From Kiritimatiellia bacterium (GTDB lineage: Bacteria; Verrucomicrobiota; Kiritimatiellia; RFP12; UBA1067): a DNA stretch of 64,000 nucleotides. Positions 1 to 9,777 of the stretch are shown here, piece after piece. The first letter of the stretch is position 1, and every line of letters starts with the position of its first letter. A program made the translations under genes and the position numbers. The stretch lies in NCBI GenBank assembly GCA_017542055.1, contig JAFXXW010000010.1, forward strand, positions 11,438-75,437, written 5' to 3'. Below the pieces are notes generated by a model that ran no database searches, was not told the DNA's origin, and was given only the letters and a program-made list of their open reading frames with translations.

Positions 1-753
1 ACCACCAATCTCAATCAGCGCATCTACCAGCCCGGCGCCACTTTGGATTCGATCGCCCAGGAGGACAACGCGGAAATCACGGTCAGCGACTGGTTCTCGA
101 CCGATGGCGGCTATCAGGAAGGCTTCATGAAGTATGCGTTCCAGATCGCCCCCGGAGCCAAGGCGTTCAACGAGGCGGTGGCCGAACTCGATCCTTCTTC
201 GCCCGATCTGCGCTATGGCGTGGTGTCGAGCGCCAATGCGGTGTGGGTGATCGAGCGGGCGGATTCCAGTCCGGCGCACACGCCCACGTTGGAGGAGGCT
301 CGCGAGGCCATCCGTCCCCGGGTGACGAGGGCGCTCAAGGCGGACGCGTTCAAGGCGCAGGTGGAGGCGGTGATCGCCGCCGGCAAGGAGGCGGTGCTCG
401 CTTCGGGCAACGTTTCCACCAATCTCACCTTTGCCGTGTGCGATCTCAAGCCGGGCGATTTCGACGACATGGAGGCCATTTCCAAGGCGGCCAGCAAACT
501 GGAGAAAGACCAGATGTCCGGCTTTACGCTCACCGGCACCGGCAAGGCGTTGGTGGTGGTGTGCGAAAATCGCGAACCGGGCGACGTGGCCAAGGCAACT
601 TTGATGGCGGCCCAGTTGCGCGAAGACGCCGCCATGCCGGCCAAGGCGCAGTTGCCGCAGTTGTGGCTGAAATGGAATCTGGCGCGGATCGGCTTCGAAC
701 CGGGCGAAACCAATCCGGTGGCGGAAGAAGAAACCGACGAAGAGATTCAATGA
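1..753 (+). CDS. hypothetical protein, 5' end outside window (possibly C-terminal part of a PpiD/SurA-like periplasmic chaperone; function unproven)
   Basis: Frame 1 is open from nt 1 to TGA 751-753 (track ORF 43..753 is the in-window part). ATGA overlap with the dut start. Acidic tail EEETDEEIQ. No diagnostic catalytic motif seen. Confidence 0.5.
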   Translation, partial: TTNLNQRIYQPGATLDSIAQEDNAEITVSDWFSTDGGYQEGFMKYAFQIAPGAKAFNEAVAELDPSSPDLRYGVVSSANAVWVIERADSSPAHTPTLEEAREAIRPRVTRALKADAFKAQVEAVIAAGKEAVLASGNVSTNLTFAVCDLKPGDFDDMEAISKAASKLEKDQMSGFTLTGTGKALVVVCENREPGDVAKATLMAAQLREDAAMPAKAQLPQLWLKWNLARIGFEPGETNPVAEEETDEEIQ

Positions 754-1181
754 CGCTCAAATTCAAGAAAATAAATCCCGACGCCATCATCCCCGCGTAT
801 GCCCATCCGAGCGACGCGGGGATGGATATTAGGAGCGTGGAGGATTTGACGATTCCGGCCGGCAAGCGCGCTTTGGTGCATACCGGGCTAGTGATGGCGT
901 TGCCGCCCAGATACGAGGCGCAGGTGCGTCCGCGTTCGGGGTTGGCGCTCAAGCACGGCATAACCGTGCTGAACACTCCGGGCACCATCGATGCCGGCTA
1001 TCGCGGCGAGGTGGGGGTGATTTTGGCCAATTTCGGCGACGAGGATTTCAAGGTGTCCAAAGGCGACAAGATCGCACAGGTGGTGATCGCGCCGGTGACG
1101 CAGCCGGACGAAATCGTCGAAATCGAGGAAATCGACGAAACCGACAGAGGAGCGGGCGGCTTTGGTTCTACGGGTATATAA
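750..1181 (+). CDS. dut: dUTP diphosphatase
   Basis: Inside track ORF 243..1181: [29 protein letters not shown]...[12 protein letters not shown]...[15 protein letters not shown]...[10 protein letters not shown] (dUTPase motifs). ATG at 750 is in frame and overlaps the upstream stop (ATGA). Confidence 0.93.
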   Translation: MTLKFKKINPDAIIPAYAHPSDAGMDIRSVEDLTIPAGKRALVHTGLVMALPPRYEAQVRPRSGLALKHGITVLNTPGTIDAGYRGEVGVILANFGDEDFKVSKGDKIAQVVIAPVTQPDEIVEIEEIDETDRGAGGFGSTGI

Positions 1182-1707
1182 GTACGGCGATCCGATTTTG
1201 CGCAAGAAGGCGGTTCCGGTGGCGGCGGTGGACGACCGGTTGCGCAAGCTGGCTGACGACATGATCGAAACCATGCACGACGCCGGCGGCGTGGGTCTGG
1301 CGGCTGAGCAGGTGGGACGGCAGGAGTCGGTTTGCGTCATCGACATTCCCGACGGTTGCGAAAACCAGGAAGACGCCATGTTCAACGCGCCGGTGCAGAT
1401 GCCGCTTAAATTGTTCAATCCGGAGATTTTGATGTCGGAGGGGACGCAGCGCGATCGCGAGGGATGCCTCAGTTTCCCCAAGATCGGCGGCACCATCGTG
1501 CGGGCCGAACAGGTGACCTGCAAGTACACCGACGAAAACAACCTGCCCCAGATCATCACCGTGCGCGGATTCCTGGCGCGGGCCATCCAGCACGAACTCG
1601 ACCATCTTGACGGCGTGCTGTACATCGACCACATGTCGGCGGTGGAGCGGCTGGAGTATGCCGGCAAGCTCAAAAAACTGGCCAAGGACAATGGCGGCGT
1701 TCGATAG
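1162..1707 (+). CDS. def: peptide deformylase
   Basis: Three deformylase motifs: [27 protein letters not shown]-terminus [16 protein letters not shown] is typical. The track start is a TTG overlapping the dut end, so the exact start is uncertain. Confidence 0.92.
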   Translation: MVLRVYKYGDPILRKKAVPVAAVDDRLRKLADDMIETMHDAGGVGLAAEQVGRQESVCVIDIPDGCENQEDAMFNAPVQMPLKLFNPEILMSEGTQRDREGCLSFPKIGGTIVRAEQVTCKYTDENNLPQIITVRGFLARAIQHELDHLDGVLYIDHMSAVERLEYAGKLKKLAKDNGGVR

Positions 1708-3724
1708 GATAGTCATAACCGCCGCCAACGAAGCGCAGGCCAAGGGCTACCGGGCCCAGACCGCCGGCGACAGCAGGGTGATGGTTATTCCGGATCCGGG
1801 CGACCGGCGCGTGGGGAGCTTGGGCGCCACCGTCAACGCCATCCGGGAACTGGGGTTGGACCAAGGCAGGATTTTGGTTTGCCATTCCGGCGGCGACGCC
1901 AGACGCACGCCCGGCTATGCGGCGATGGGCAAGGCGTTCGTGCCGATGCGCGACGGACGCAGCATGTTCGAGCATATCGTGGAACACATGGAACAGTTGC
2001 CGTTGCCGGAAGGGATGCTGGTGGTGTCGGGCGACGTGCTGCTGACGTTCGATTACCGGGCCACCGATTTTTCGCGGCCGGGCGTGATCGGAGTGGCCTA
2101 TCCTGACAATGCCTGGCAGGCGCGCCGGCACGGGGTGTACGTGGAAAAGGACGGACGGGTGGTGGATTTCCTGCAGAAGCCGCAGGTGGACGAGGGGACG
2201 TATTTGATCGATACGGGGATAATGTTCATCGATCCGCCTACCGTAGCCAAAATGAAGACTTTGCCGGTGTCGGGCGACATCTATACCGAATTTCCCGCCA
2301 TGCTGCTGAAAGGTTTCGCGCCGTTCAGCGTGAACGTGTGCCCGAGCTGCGAATTTTTCCATATCGGGTCGTCGCGGGAGCTGCTGGAGCGGCTGGGCGA
2401 CGGCAATACGTATGTCGACAAGGCGTTCTGCCGGCTGGAACTTGCGGGCGGGAATATCGTGACCAACATTCCGCCCGGAAGATTCGAAAAGGTGGTGCTG
2501 GGACCGAACGAGTGCCTTACCGTGTTACCGCTCGAAAACGGCGAGTGGTACGATCTCAAGTACATGCTGGACGACAATTTCAAGACCGACGGACTGTGGG
2601 AAAAGCACGGGCTCGGGGAAAAGATGAAGCGGGTGGACCATGCGAGGCTTCTGGCCGTGCGCGGAACGGGCAGCGCCAAATACTGCAAGGTTTCGGCGCC
2701 GGTGCGGATCGATTTCGCCGGCGGCTGGTCCGACACGCCGCCCATTTGCGAACTGGAAGGCGGCGCGGTAGTCAATGCAGCGGTGTTGCTGAACGGCAAG
2801 CGTCCGATCGAGGTGGTGGTCAAGGAGCGCAAAGACCGTTTCGTCAAGATCGTTTCCAAGGATCTGGGCAAGCGCCGGCTGGTCAAGAGCGCGGAGGAGA
2901 TCGCCGACCATGCCGATCCGCACGACTGGTGCGCACTCGTGAAAAGCGCGCTCGCGGTTACCGGTTTCCGTTTCGGCGAGCGGGGCATCGACATCACGAT
3001 CAGCGCCGATCTGCCCAAGGGGTCGGGCATGGGTACGAGTTCCGTGCTGGGGGCGGCCACGATAGCCGCTTTGCTGGGCACGGTAGAGCCCGATCTCATC
3101 AGCCGGCTCACGTTGCAGCTGGAACAGGAGATGCACACGGGTGGCGGCTGGCAGGATCAGCTGGGCGGACTGGTGGGCGGCTTCAAGTTGCTCAAGTCCA
3201 TGCCGGGTAAGCCGCAACGGGTGCAGGTGAGCCGGCTCGAGCCGGACCGGGCATGGCTAAAGGAACTCGAAAAGCGCGGACTTTTGTATTTCACCGGCCA
3301 GAAGCGCATGGCCCGCAACATTTTGCGCAAGGTGCTGGCTTTCTATGCGGAGAATCCCCACGATTTCGGCAAGATTCTGATCGCCTCGCTCAAGTCCGAC
3401 GCCAAGAAGTGCGCCAAGGCGATAGAGCGGGGTGATTTCGACGCGTTCGTGGAGTCGCTGAACGGTTACTGGCGCGACAAGAAACTGCTGGATCCGGGTT
3501 CCACCAACGAACGCGTGGAGGAGATGATCGAATCGATCCGCCCCTTGATTTCCGCAGTCACGCTGACCGGTGCGGGTGGAGGCGGCTTCATGTTCATCGT
3601 GGCCAAGTCGCCGCGCGATGCGGCCAAGATCCGCAAGATGTTTACGGAAAATCCGCCCAGCAAGTATTCCCGGTTCTACGATTTCGCGATCGATCCGGCG
3701 GGAATGTCGATCGAGGTAGGTTGA
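1691..3724 (+). CDS. fucokinase-like / GHMP-kinase bifunctional sugar-1-phosphate salvage enzyme (Fkp-like)
   Basis: ATG at 1691 ([20 protein letters not shown]) lies in track ORF 1607..3724. The N-terminal half has SGDVLLTF, as in fucokinase-type domains. The C-terminal half has GHMP kinase motifs PKGSGMGTSSVLGAATIAAL and TGAGGGGFMF. Confidence 0.78.
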   Translation: MAAFDRIVITAANEAQAKGYRAQTAGDSRVMVIPDPGDRRVGSLGATVNAIRELGLDQGRILVCHSGGDARRTPGYAAMGKAFVPMRDGRSMFEHIVEHMEQLPLPEGMLVVSGDVLLTFDYRATDFSRPGVIGVAYPDNAWQARRHGVYVEKDGRVVDFLQKPQVDEGTYLIDTGIMFIDPPTVAKMKTLPVSGDIYTEFPAMLLKGFAPFSVNVCPSCEFFHIGSSRELLERLGDGNTYVDKAFCRLELAGGNIVTNIPPGRFEKVVLGPNECLTVLPLENGEWYDLKYMLDDNFKTDGLWEKHGLGEKMKRVDHARLLAVRGTGSAKYCKVSAPVRIDFAGGWSDTPPICELEGGAVVNAAVLLNGKRPIEVVVKERKDRFVKIVSKDLGKRRLVKSAEEIADHADPHDWCALVKSALAVTGFRFGERGIDITISADLPKGSGMGTSSVLGAATIAALLGTVEPDLISRLTLQLEQEMHTGGGWQDQLGGLVGGFKLLKSMPGKPQRVQVSRLEPDRAWLKELEKRGLLYFTGQKRMARNILRKVLAFYAENPHDFGKILIASLKSDAKKCAKAIERGDFDAFVESLNGYWRDKKLLDPGSTNERVEEMIESIRPLISAVTLTGAGGGGFMFIVAKSPRDAAKIRKMFTENPPSKYSRFYDFAIDPAGMSIEVG

Positions 3725-3975
3725 TGCCGCGCTACGTCTACGAAGCTTGCGAGGAATCGAAGTCCTGCCCCAAATGCAGGAACGGATTCGAAATCGACCA
3801 ATCGCTCAACGAGCCCAAGCTGGATCACTGTCCGTATTGCCGGAACAAGGTGTTTCGCGTGATCCAGGCGCCGGGTCTCACCCATTCCAAAACGGATTTG
3901 CATTATCGCGCCAAGCGGGCCGGATTCCATACGCTCAAGAAGGTCGACAATGGAACTTTCGAAAAGCTCTATTGA
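3724..3975 (+). CDS. FmdB-family zinc-ribbon protein
   Basis: MPRYVYEACEESKSCPKCRNGFEI...DHCPYCRNKV gives two CxxC pairs and the typical MPxYxYxC N-terminus. TGATG overlap with the upstream stop. Confidence 0.8.
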   Translation: MPRYVYEACEESKSCPKCRNGFEIDQSLNEPKLDHCPYCRNKVFRVIQAPGLTHSKTDLHYRAKRAGFHTLKKVDNGTFEKLY

Positions 3976-4414
3976 CGAGCGGTTCATGCGCCTGGCGCTC
4001 ACCCAGGCGCAGATGGCGTCGGAAAGCGGCGAGGTGCCGACAGGTTGCGTAATCGTGGATGCGGAAGGCAATATCGTGGCCAAGGCCCACAACCAGACGG
4101 AAGTTTTGCACGACGCCACCGCCCATGCGGAGATGATCGCCCTCAGCCAGGCATTCGCGGCCATCGGCAACGAACGGCTGATCGGCACCACGCTTTACGT
4201 TACCAAAGAGCCTTGCCCGATGTGTGCCGGGGCGATTGCCCTCGCAAGGGTCTCGAGAGTGGTGTGGGGCGTTAGCGATCCCAAGCGCGGGGGCGCCTCG
4301 GTTTTCGATATCTTCGCCCATCCGGGAATGAACCACCACCCGGAAACTGTCGCGGGGTTGATGGAAAAGGAGTCGCTGGACGTTCTCCAGGCTTTTTTCC
4401 GCGCCCGCCGGTGA
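3950..4414 (+). CDS. tadA: tRNA adenosine(34) deaminase
   Basis: CDA zinc motifs HAEMIAL and PCPMCAGA, plus FMRLALTQAQMASESGEVPTGCVIV. Confidence 0.9.
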   Translation: MELSKSSIDERFMRLALTQAQMASESGEVPTGCVIVDAEGNIVAKAHNQTEVLHDATAHAEMIALSQAFAAIGNERLIGTTLYVTKEPCPMCAGAIALARVSRVVWGVSDPKRGGASVFDIFAHPGMNHHPETVAGLMEKESLDVLQAFFRARR

Positions 4415-4433
4415 AGGTTGTCGCAGATTTTCC

Positions 4434-4462
4434 TTGCTTTTTCGCCAGATTTATGGTATTAT
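4434..4462 (+). promoter_or_regulatory. sigma70-type promoter cassette P1 (TTGCTT-17-TATTAT), ATG 9 nt after -10
   Basis: ttgctt tttcgccagatttatgg tattat, then atatagaca ATG(4472). Member of the 7-copy conserved cassette (see findings). Confidence 0.6.
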
Positions 4463-4471
4463 ATATAGACA

Positions 4472-5443
4472 ATGAGTGAAAAACGTGCATTGGTCGCGGG
4501 CGGAGCCGGTTTTTTGGGCAGTCATCTTTGCGAAAGATTGCTGGCGGACGGGTATTCGGTCGTGGCGTTGGACAATCTCCACACCGGGAGCGAAGACAAT
4601 CTGGTTTCGTTCCGGGATCGTCCCCGTTTCGAATTCCGGCGCCAGAACGTGATCGATCCGCTCGCAGGCGAGTTCGACGAAATCTATTCTTTGGCCTGTC
4701 CCGCTTCGCCGGTCCATTACCAGGCCGATCCTATCGCCACTTGGGAAACATCGGTGCTGGGAGTGCGCAATCTGCTCAAACTGTCGGAAAAATGCGGCGC
4801 CCGGCTGTTGCACGCCTCCACCAGCGAGATTTACGGCGACCCCTTGATGCATCCGCAGGAAGAGCATTATTGGGGCAATGTGAACACCATCGGCATCCGT
4901 TCCTGTTACGATGAAGGCAAGCGCGCCGCCGAAACCCTGATCGCCGATTATCGCCGGGTGAAAAACGTCGATGCGCGGATGGTGCGCATTTTCAACACCT
5001 ACGGTCCCCGGATGCATCCGCAGGACGGGAGGGTGGTGTCCAATTTCATCATGCAGGCGCTGCACGACCGGCCCATCACCATCTATGGCGACGGCACCCA
5101 GACGCGTTCGTTCCAGTACGTGGACGATCTTATCCGGGCGATGCGGCTTTTTATGGACAAGCCGCGCGACGAGGTGGATGGATTTTTCGCCCGGCATAAG
5201 CTGGGGACGCCGGTGCTCAACACCGGGAATCCCGGCGAATACACCATGAAGCAGCTGGCGGAGGAGGTGCTGCGCCTCATTCCCGACTCCCGATCGCAAA
5301 TCGTGTACGAACCTTTGCCGGCCGACGACCCCAAGAAACGCAAACCCGACATCACTTTGGCCAAGGAGCTGCTAGGCTGGGAGCCACAAGTGCCGCTGAG
5401 TGAAGGTCTCAAATCTACCATTGCCTACTTTGTCACGCGGTAA
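4472..5443 (+). CDS. UDP-glucuronate decarboxylase (UDP-xylose synthase-type SDR)
   Basis: [14 protein letters not shown] Rossmann motif, YDEGKR (YxxxK), and STSEIYGDP...HPQ.E.YWG typical of UXS/ArnA-C enzymes. Confidence 0.87.
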   Translation: MSEKRALVAGGAGFLGSHLCERLLADGYSVVALDNLHTGSEDNLVSFRDRPRFEFRRQNVIDPLAGEFDEIYSLACPASPVHYQADPIATWETSVLGVRNLLKLSEKCGARLLHASTSEIYGDPLMHPQEEHYWGNVNTIGIRSCYDEGKRAAETLIADYRRVKNVDARMVRIFNTYGPRMHPQDGRVVSNFIMQALHDRPITIYGDGTQTRSFQYVDDLIRAMRLFMDKPRDEVDGFFARHKLGTPVLNTGNPGEYTMKQLAEEVLRLIPDSRSQIVYEPLPADDPKKRKPDITLAKELLGWEPQVPLSEGLKSTIAYFVTR

Positions 5444-5486
5444 ATTCAAATATCCCAAGCTGGACTTTTTCGACCAAGAGTTCGGC

Positions 5487-7364
5487 ATGAAGGAAGCCTA
5501 CGGCAGGATTTGGCGGTACATCCGTCCCTACCGTTTCCGGCTGGTCGTGGGACTGGTGTGCGGATTTCTCACCGCCGGCACGCTGGTGCCGATGTTCCAG
5601 CTCATCCAACCCGCCACCAAGAGCATCGAACAGCGGATCGTGGAGGTGGAGGAGGAGCCGGCCGGCGAAGAGTCCAAGGTGGAACCGGCCGATTCCGGCA
5701 CTGCGGCGCAAATGCCCAAGTGGTACGGCAAGGCGCAGAAGTACGCCGCCAAACTCGGACTCGAGCTGGTGGACGAAAAGGGCGCCTTGACGGGCGGTCT
5801 CCTGGCGTTGGTGCTTACGGTAGTGCCTATCCTCGCCGGCTTGCGTTTGCTGCTCAAGTTCCTCAATCTCTACTTCCTGTCCTACGTGGGCAATTACGCG
5901 ATCGCGGATCTCGTGTGCGATCTTTTGCGCCACACCCAGCGCCAGTCGCTCCAGTTCTTCTCGCGGGTGGATATGGGCCGGCTCATGTCGCGCATCATGG
6001 GCGACTCCCAGCAGGTGATGACGGTAGTTAAGACGGTAATCGTCGATTTCGCCGAAGCGCCGTTCGAGATTCTCGTGTCCGGCGGCTACGTGGTGTATTT
6101 CGCCGTCAAGAACGACATGGTCCCCACGCTGATTTTGATTCTCATCGCTTTTCCGCTGTTCACCATCCCCATTTCCATGCTCGCCAAGAAGATCCGCGAA
6201 TATTCGCAGGAGACGATGGCGCGGGCTTCGGTGGTGTTTTCGCGCCTGCATGAAGTGGTGACGTGCATCGGGCTCGTGAAAAGCTTCAACACCGAACGCT
6301 TCGAATGGAACAACTATCGCGAGGCCAACACCCGCATGGTCAAGATCCAGCTGCGCAACGCGCGGATTGGCGGCATGGTGGGCCCGACGCTCGAAATCAC
6401 GGGCGTACTCATCATTTGCGGCTTCGTCTGCTGGTGTTTCGTCCAGCATATCACGCTCGACCAGGTGTTGCCCATGCTCGCGCCGCTCCTGGTGATGTAC
6501 AAACCGCTCAAGAAGGTCAGCAACATCCAGGTGGCGTTGGAGAATTCGATGGCGTCGTTGTGCCGTATTTTCTCGTTGCAGGACATGCACGACGAGTTGC
6601 CGGAAAAGGCCGACGCCGTCCGCAAGACCACGTTCGACCGCGACATCCGCTTCGAAAACGTCACGTTCCGTTACGCCACCGCCGATCGCGATGCCGTTTC
6701 GGGCGCCTCCTTCACCATCGAAAAAGGCAAGAAGGTGGCGGTAGTGGGCGGTACCGGCAGCGGCAAGTCCACCATGTCGTATCTGCTGGCGCGTTTCGCC
6801 GATCCTTCCTCCGGACGCATCACCATCGACGGCATCGACCTGCGCGACATCGCCATCGACGATCTTCGCCGGATGGTGGGCGTCATCACCCAGGAGCCGC
6901 TCCTCTTCAACGACACCATCGCCTACAATCTGCGTTACGGCACGCCGGACGCCGATGAAGAGTCGGTCCGCAAGGCCGCGCGCCTGGCCAACGCCGAAGA
7001 CTTCATCCTGTCCCAGCCCGAAGGCTACGGACGCGTGGTGGGCGAAAAGGGCATGGCGCTTTCCGGCGGCGAAAAGCAGCGCGTGTCCATTGCCGCAGCC
7101 ATCCTCAGGAATCCGCCCATTCTCATTCTGGACGAGGCCACGAGCGCCCTCGACAACGTGACCGAGGCGCAGGTGCAGGAAGCGTTGGAGAAGTTGATGG
7201 AAAACCGCACCACGTTCGTCATCGCCCACCGGCTTTCGACCGTGCAGAACGCCGATCTCATCCTGGTGATGGATTCCGGCCGCATCGTGGAGTCCGGCAC
7301 GCATGACGTACTCTACGCGAAAAACGGCTACTACCGCCACCTTTGCGACATACAGGAGCGCTGA
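5487..7364 (+). CDS. ABC transporter permease/ATP-binding half-transporter (MsbA/type-I exporter-like)
   Basis: Six-TM N-terminal half. Walker A GGTGSGKST, signature LSGGEKQR, Walker B ILILDEATSALD. Start taken at MKEAYGRIWRYIRPYRF (ATG 5487) rather than track start 5400, which overlaps the upstream gene. Confidence 0.9.
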   Translation: MKEAYGRIWRYIRPYRFRLVVGLVCGFLTAGTLVPMFQLIQPATKSIEQRIVEVEEEPAGEESKVEPADSGTAAQMPKWYGKAQKYAAKLGLELVDEKGALTGGLLALVLTVVPILAGLRLLLKFLNLYFLSYVGNYAIADLVCDLLRHTQRQSLQFFSRVDMGRLMSRIMGDSQQVMTVVKTVIVDFAEAPFEILVSGGYVVYFAVKNDMVPTLILILIAFPLFTIPISMLAKKIREYSQETMARASVVFSRLHEVVTCIGLVKSFNTERFEWNNYREANTRMVKIQLRNARIGGMVGPTLEITGVLIICGFVCWCFVQHITLDQVLPMLAPLLVMYKPLKKVSNIQVALENSMASLCRIFSLQDMHDELPEKADAVRKTTFDRDIRFENVTFRYATADRDAVSGASFTIEKGKKVAVVGGTGSGKSTMSYLLARFADPSSGRITIDGIDLRDIAIDDLRRMVGVITQEPLLFNDTIAYNLRYGTPDADEESVRKAARLANAEDFILSQPEGYGRVVGEKGMALSGGEKQRVSIAAAILRNPPILILDEATSALDNVTEAQVQEALEKLMENRTTFVIAHRLSTVQNADLILVMDSGRIVESGTHDVLYAKNGYYRHLCDIQER

Positions 7365-9313
7365 TGACCAACGAATACCGCAAAGAGTTTTTCGATCGCG
7401 ACTACACGGTGCGCGAGTCGGTCGGTCGCATCTGGCACTACATGTCCAAGTACAAGTTCCGGGTCATACTGGGGCTCTTTTTCGGCCTCGTCAACGCCGG
7501 CGTGCTGGTGCCGTTCTATCAACTGCTGCAGCCTACCGTAGCGCAGGCGGGCGGCGAGATAACCGCTTCGGCCAAGGTGGAGCAGCCCCGGGAAGAAGCG
7601 TCCCCTAAGCCGCAGGCGCACGGCAAACTGGACAAAGCCCTCGTCCGGGCGGCGGAACTGCCGGGATGGTATCGCGATCTGGAGCGTTTCGCCGGCAAGT
7701 TCGGCGTGCGTTTCACCGACGACGAAGGCAATATGCAGTCGGGCATGCTGTTTCTGGTGACTGCGGTCATTCCCGCCATTCTCGTGTTCCGGCTGCTGCT
7801 CACGTTCCTTTTCACCTATTGTCTCACCTGGGCGGCGAGCAAGGCGGTGGCCGATTTGCGCTGCGACATGCTCAAGCACGTGGAGGCGCAGTCGATGGAG
7901 TTCTTCGGCCGCGTGGACATGGGCCAGATCATCATGCGCGTCAACTCCGATCCCGGCTATCTCCAGATCGTGATGACTACCGTGCTGGTGCAGCTGGTGT
8001 TGGCGCCGTTCGAGATTCTGGTTTCGGCCGGGTTCATCGTGCATTTCGCCATCCAGAACCATCTGGTGCAGACGCTGCTCCTCCTGGGACTGGGCGCGCC
8101 GCTCTTTTTCGGTCCGTTGATTTTCATCGCCCGGCGCTTGCGCAAATATTCCAAGAAGATGCTGGAGCAGGGCTCGCTCATCGGCGCCAAACTGCATGAA
8201 ATCCTAACCTGCCAGAAGCGCGTCAAGGCCTACCACACCGAAGAATTCGAAAACGTCAATTTCCGGCTGGCCTACAATCTCCAGCTCAAGAACATCAAGA
8301 AGGCGTTGAAGCTCGGCATGATGACTTCGCCGGCGGTGGAGTCGATCGGCATCCTCATCATCGGCGTGTTCGTCATCTGGTGCTTCCTCTTTTCGGTGCC
8401 GCTTTCCGCCATTCTGCCGATGATCGCGCCCTTGCTCATCATCTACAAGCCCATCAAGGAAATCGGCAAGCTGCAGGTGCAGGTGCAGGAGACGATGGCC
8501 GGAATTTCTCGCGTGCTGTCGCTTTTGGACGTGCACATGGAACTGCCGCTGTCGGCCAATCCGGTCCGCAAGGATTCGTTCGATCGCGAAATCGTCTTCG
8601 ATCACGTGACCTTCAAGTACCAGACGCAGGACGATCCTGCCGTCAAGGATGCCAGCCTCACCATCAAGAAGGGCCAGTTCGTGGCGGTCGTGGGCGGCAC
8701 TGGTAGCGGCAAAACCACGCTCAGCAACTTGTTGGCGCGCTTTTACGATCCGATGTCGGGCAGCGTCAGCATCGATGGCGTGGACGTGCGCGATTTCGAG
8801 GTGGCCTCGCTCCGCAAACTCATCGGCGCCGTCTTGCAGGACACCTTCATTTTCAACGACACTATCGCCAACAATATCGCCTACGGCATCGAAAACGTCA
8901 GCATGGACGACATCGTGGCTGCCGCCAAACTGGCCAAGGCGCACGACTTCATCATGTCCCAGCCGGGCGGCTACGGACGCATGTGCGGCGAAAAGGGCAA
9001 TGCCATCTCCGGCGGCGAACGGCAACGTATCGCCATCGCCCTCGCCATCCTCAAGAATCCGCCCATCCTCATTCTGGACGAGGCGACCAGCGCCCTCGAC
9101 ACCGTTACCGAAGCGCTCGTGCAGGAGGCCATCAACAATCTCATGCAAAACCGCACCACGCTGGCCATCGCCCACCGGCTTTCCACCATCCGCAAGGCCG
9201 ACTGCATCCTGGTGATGCATCAGGGCCGGATAGTGGAGCGCGGCACCCACGACGAACTTTACGCCATGGGCGGCAGATACACCGCACTTTGCAACAGGAG
9301 TACCGAGCAATGA
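7364..9313 (+). CDS. ABC transporter permease/ATP-binding half-transporter (MsbA-like), paralogue of the upstream gene
   Basis: Walker A GGTGSGKTT, signature ISGGERQR, Walker B ILILDEATSALD. ATG 7364 overlaps the upstream TGA (TGATG). Confidence 0.9.
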   Translation: MTNEYRKEFFDRDYTVRESVGRIWHYMSKYKFRVILGLFFGLVNAGVLVPFYQLLQPTVAQAGGEITASAKVEQPREEASPKPQAHGKLDKALVRAAELPGWYRDLERFAGKFGVRFTDDEGNMQSGMLFLVTAVIPAILVFRLLLTFLFTYCLTWAASKAVADLRCDMLKHVEAQSMEFFGRVDMGQIIMRVNSDPGYLQIVMTTVLVQLVLAPFEILVSAGFIVHFAIQNHLVQTLLLLGLGAPLFFGPLIFIARRLRKYSKKMLEQGSLIGAKLHEILTCQKRVKAYHTEEFENVNFRLAYNLQLKNIKKALKLGMMTSPAVESIGILIIGVFVIWCFLFSVPLSAILPMIAPLLIIYKPIKEIGKLQVQVQETMAGISRVLSLLDVHMELPLSANPVRKDSFDREIVFDHVTFKYQTQDDPAVKDASLTIKKGQFVAVVGGTGSGKTTLSNLLARFYDPMSGSVSIDGVDVRDFEVASLRKLIGAVLQDTFIFNDTIANNIAYGIENVSMDDIVAAAKLAKAHDFIMSQPGGYGRMCGEKGNAISGGERQRIAIALAILKNPPILILDEATSALDTVTEALVQEAINNLMQNRTTLAIAHRLSTIRKADCILVMHQGRIVERGTHDELYAMGGRYTALCNRSTEQ

Positions 9314-9777
9314 CGTTAGACTACAATATCGGACATGCTTTCATGCATCCTTGGTTCTGGTCGTCCTTTTTGAGCTGGATTCTGGCCCAGACCATCAAAA
9401 TGACCACCAACGCCTTCAAAACCCACACCTTCGATTTCGAATATCTGGTGTCCACCGGCGGAATGCCCAGCGCCCACTCGGCCATGGCCTCGGGGATGGC
9501 GTTTTCCATTGGCTTCACGGAGGGCTTCGGCACTCCGGTCGCCATGCTCGGGATCGGTTGGGCGGCAGTGACCATTTTCGATGCCGCCACCGTCCGCAAG
9601 GCCGCCGGCGACCAGGCCAAAGTGCTCAACCAGATCGTCAAGGAATTCAAGGAGAACCTCAAGTTCAATTCTGGCCATTTGAAAGAACTGCTCGGACACA
9701 CCCAGAAGGAGGTTTGGGCCGGAATGCTGACCGGCATCCTGGTGGCGTTGGCGGTGTGCAGTCTCTGGAGATATTGA
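9310..9777 (+). CDS. divergent PAP2 / DUF212 (acid phosphatase-vanadium haloperoxidase-related) membrane protein
   Basis: STGGMPSAHSAMASGMAF...IFDAATVRKAAGDQAKVLNQIV matches the DUF212 signature (GGMPSSHSA...YDA.GVR...G.QA..LN). ATGA overlap with the ABC gene. Confidence 0.78.
   Translation: MTLDYNIGHAFMHPWFWSSFLSWILAQTIKMTTNAFKTHTFDFEYLVSTGGMPSAHSAMASGMAFSIGFTEGFGTPVAMLGIGWAAVTIFDAATVRKAAGDQAKVLNQIVKEFKENLKFNSGHLKELLGHTQKEVWAGMLTGILVALAVCSLWRY

Noticed and set aside
5433-7340. 635-aa minus-strand ORF opposite the first ABC transporter. Similar cases: 8204..9310(-), 10708..11970(-), 43529..45493(+), 48751..51069(+), 52099..53214(+), 53504..55108(+), 59737..61059(+)
   Set aside because: All are antisense to genes carrying unambiguous catalytic motifs (Walker A/B, ThiC, AMP-ligase, PflB glycyl radical, GTs, ThiD). 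Their products are Arg/His/Gly/Ala-rich with no recognisable domains. They were treated as GC-driven shadow frames.
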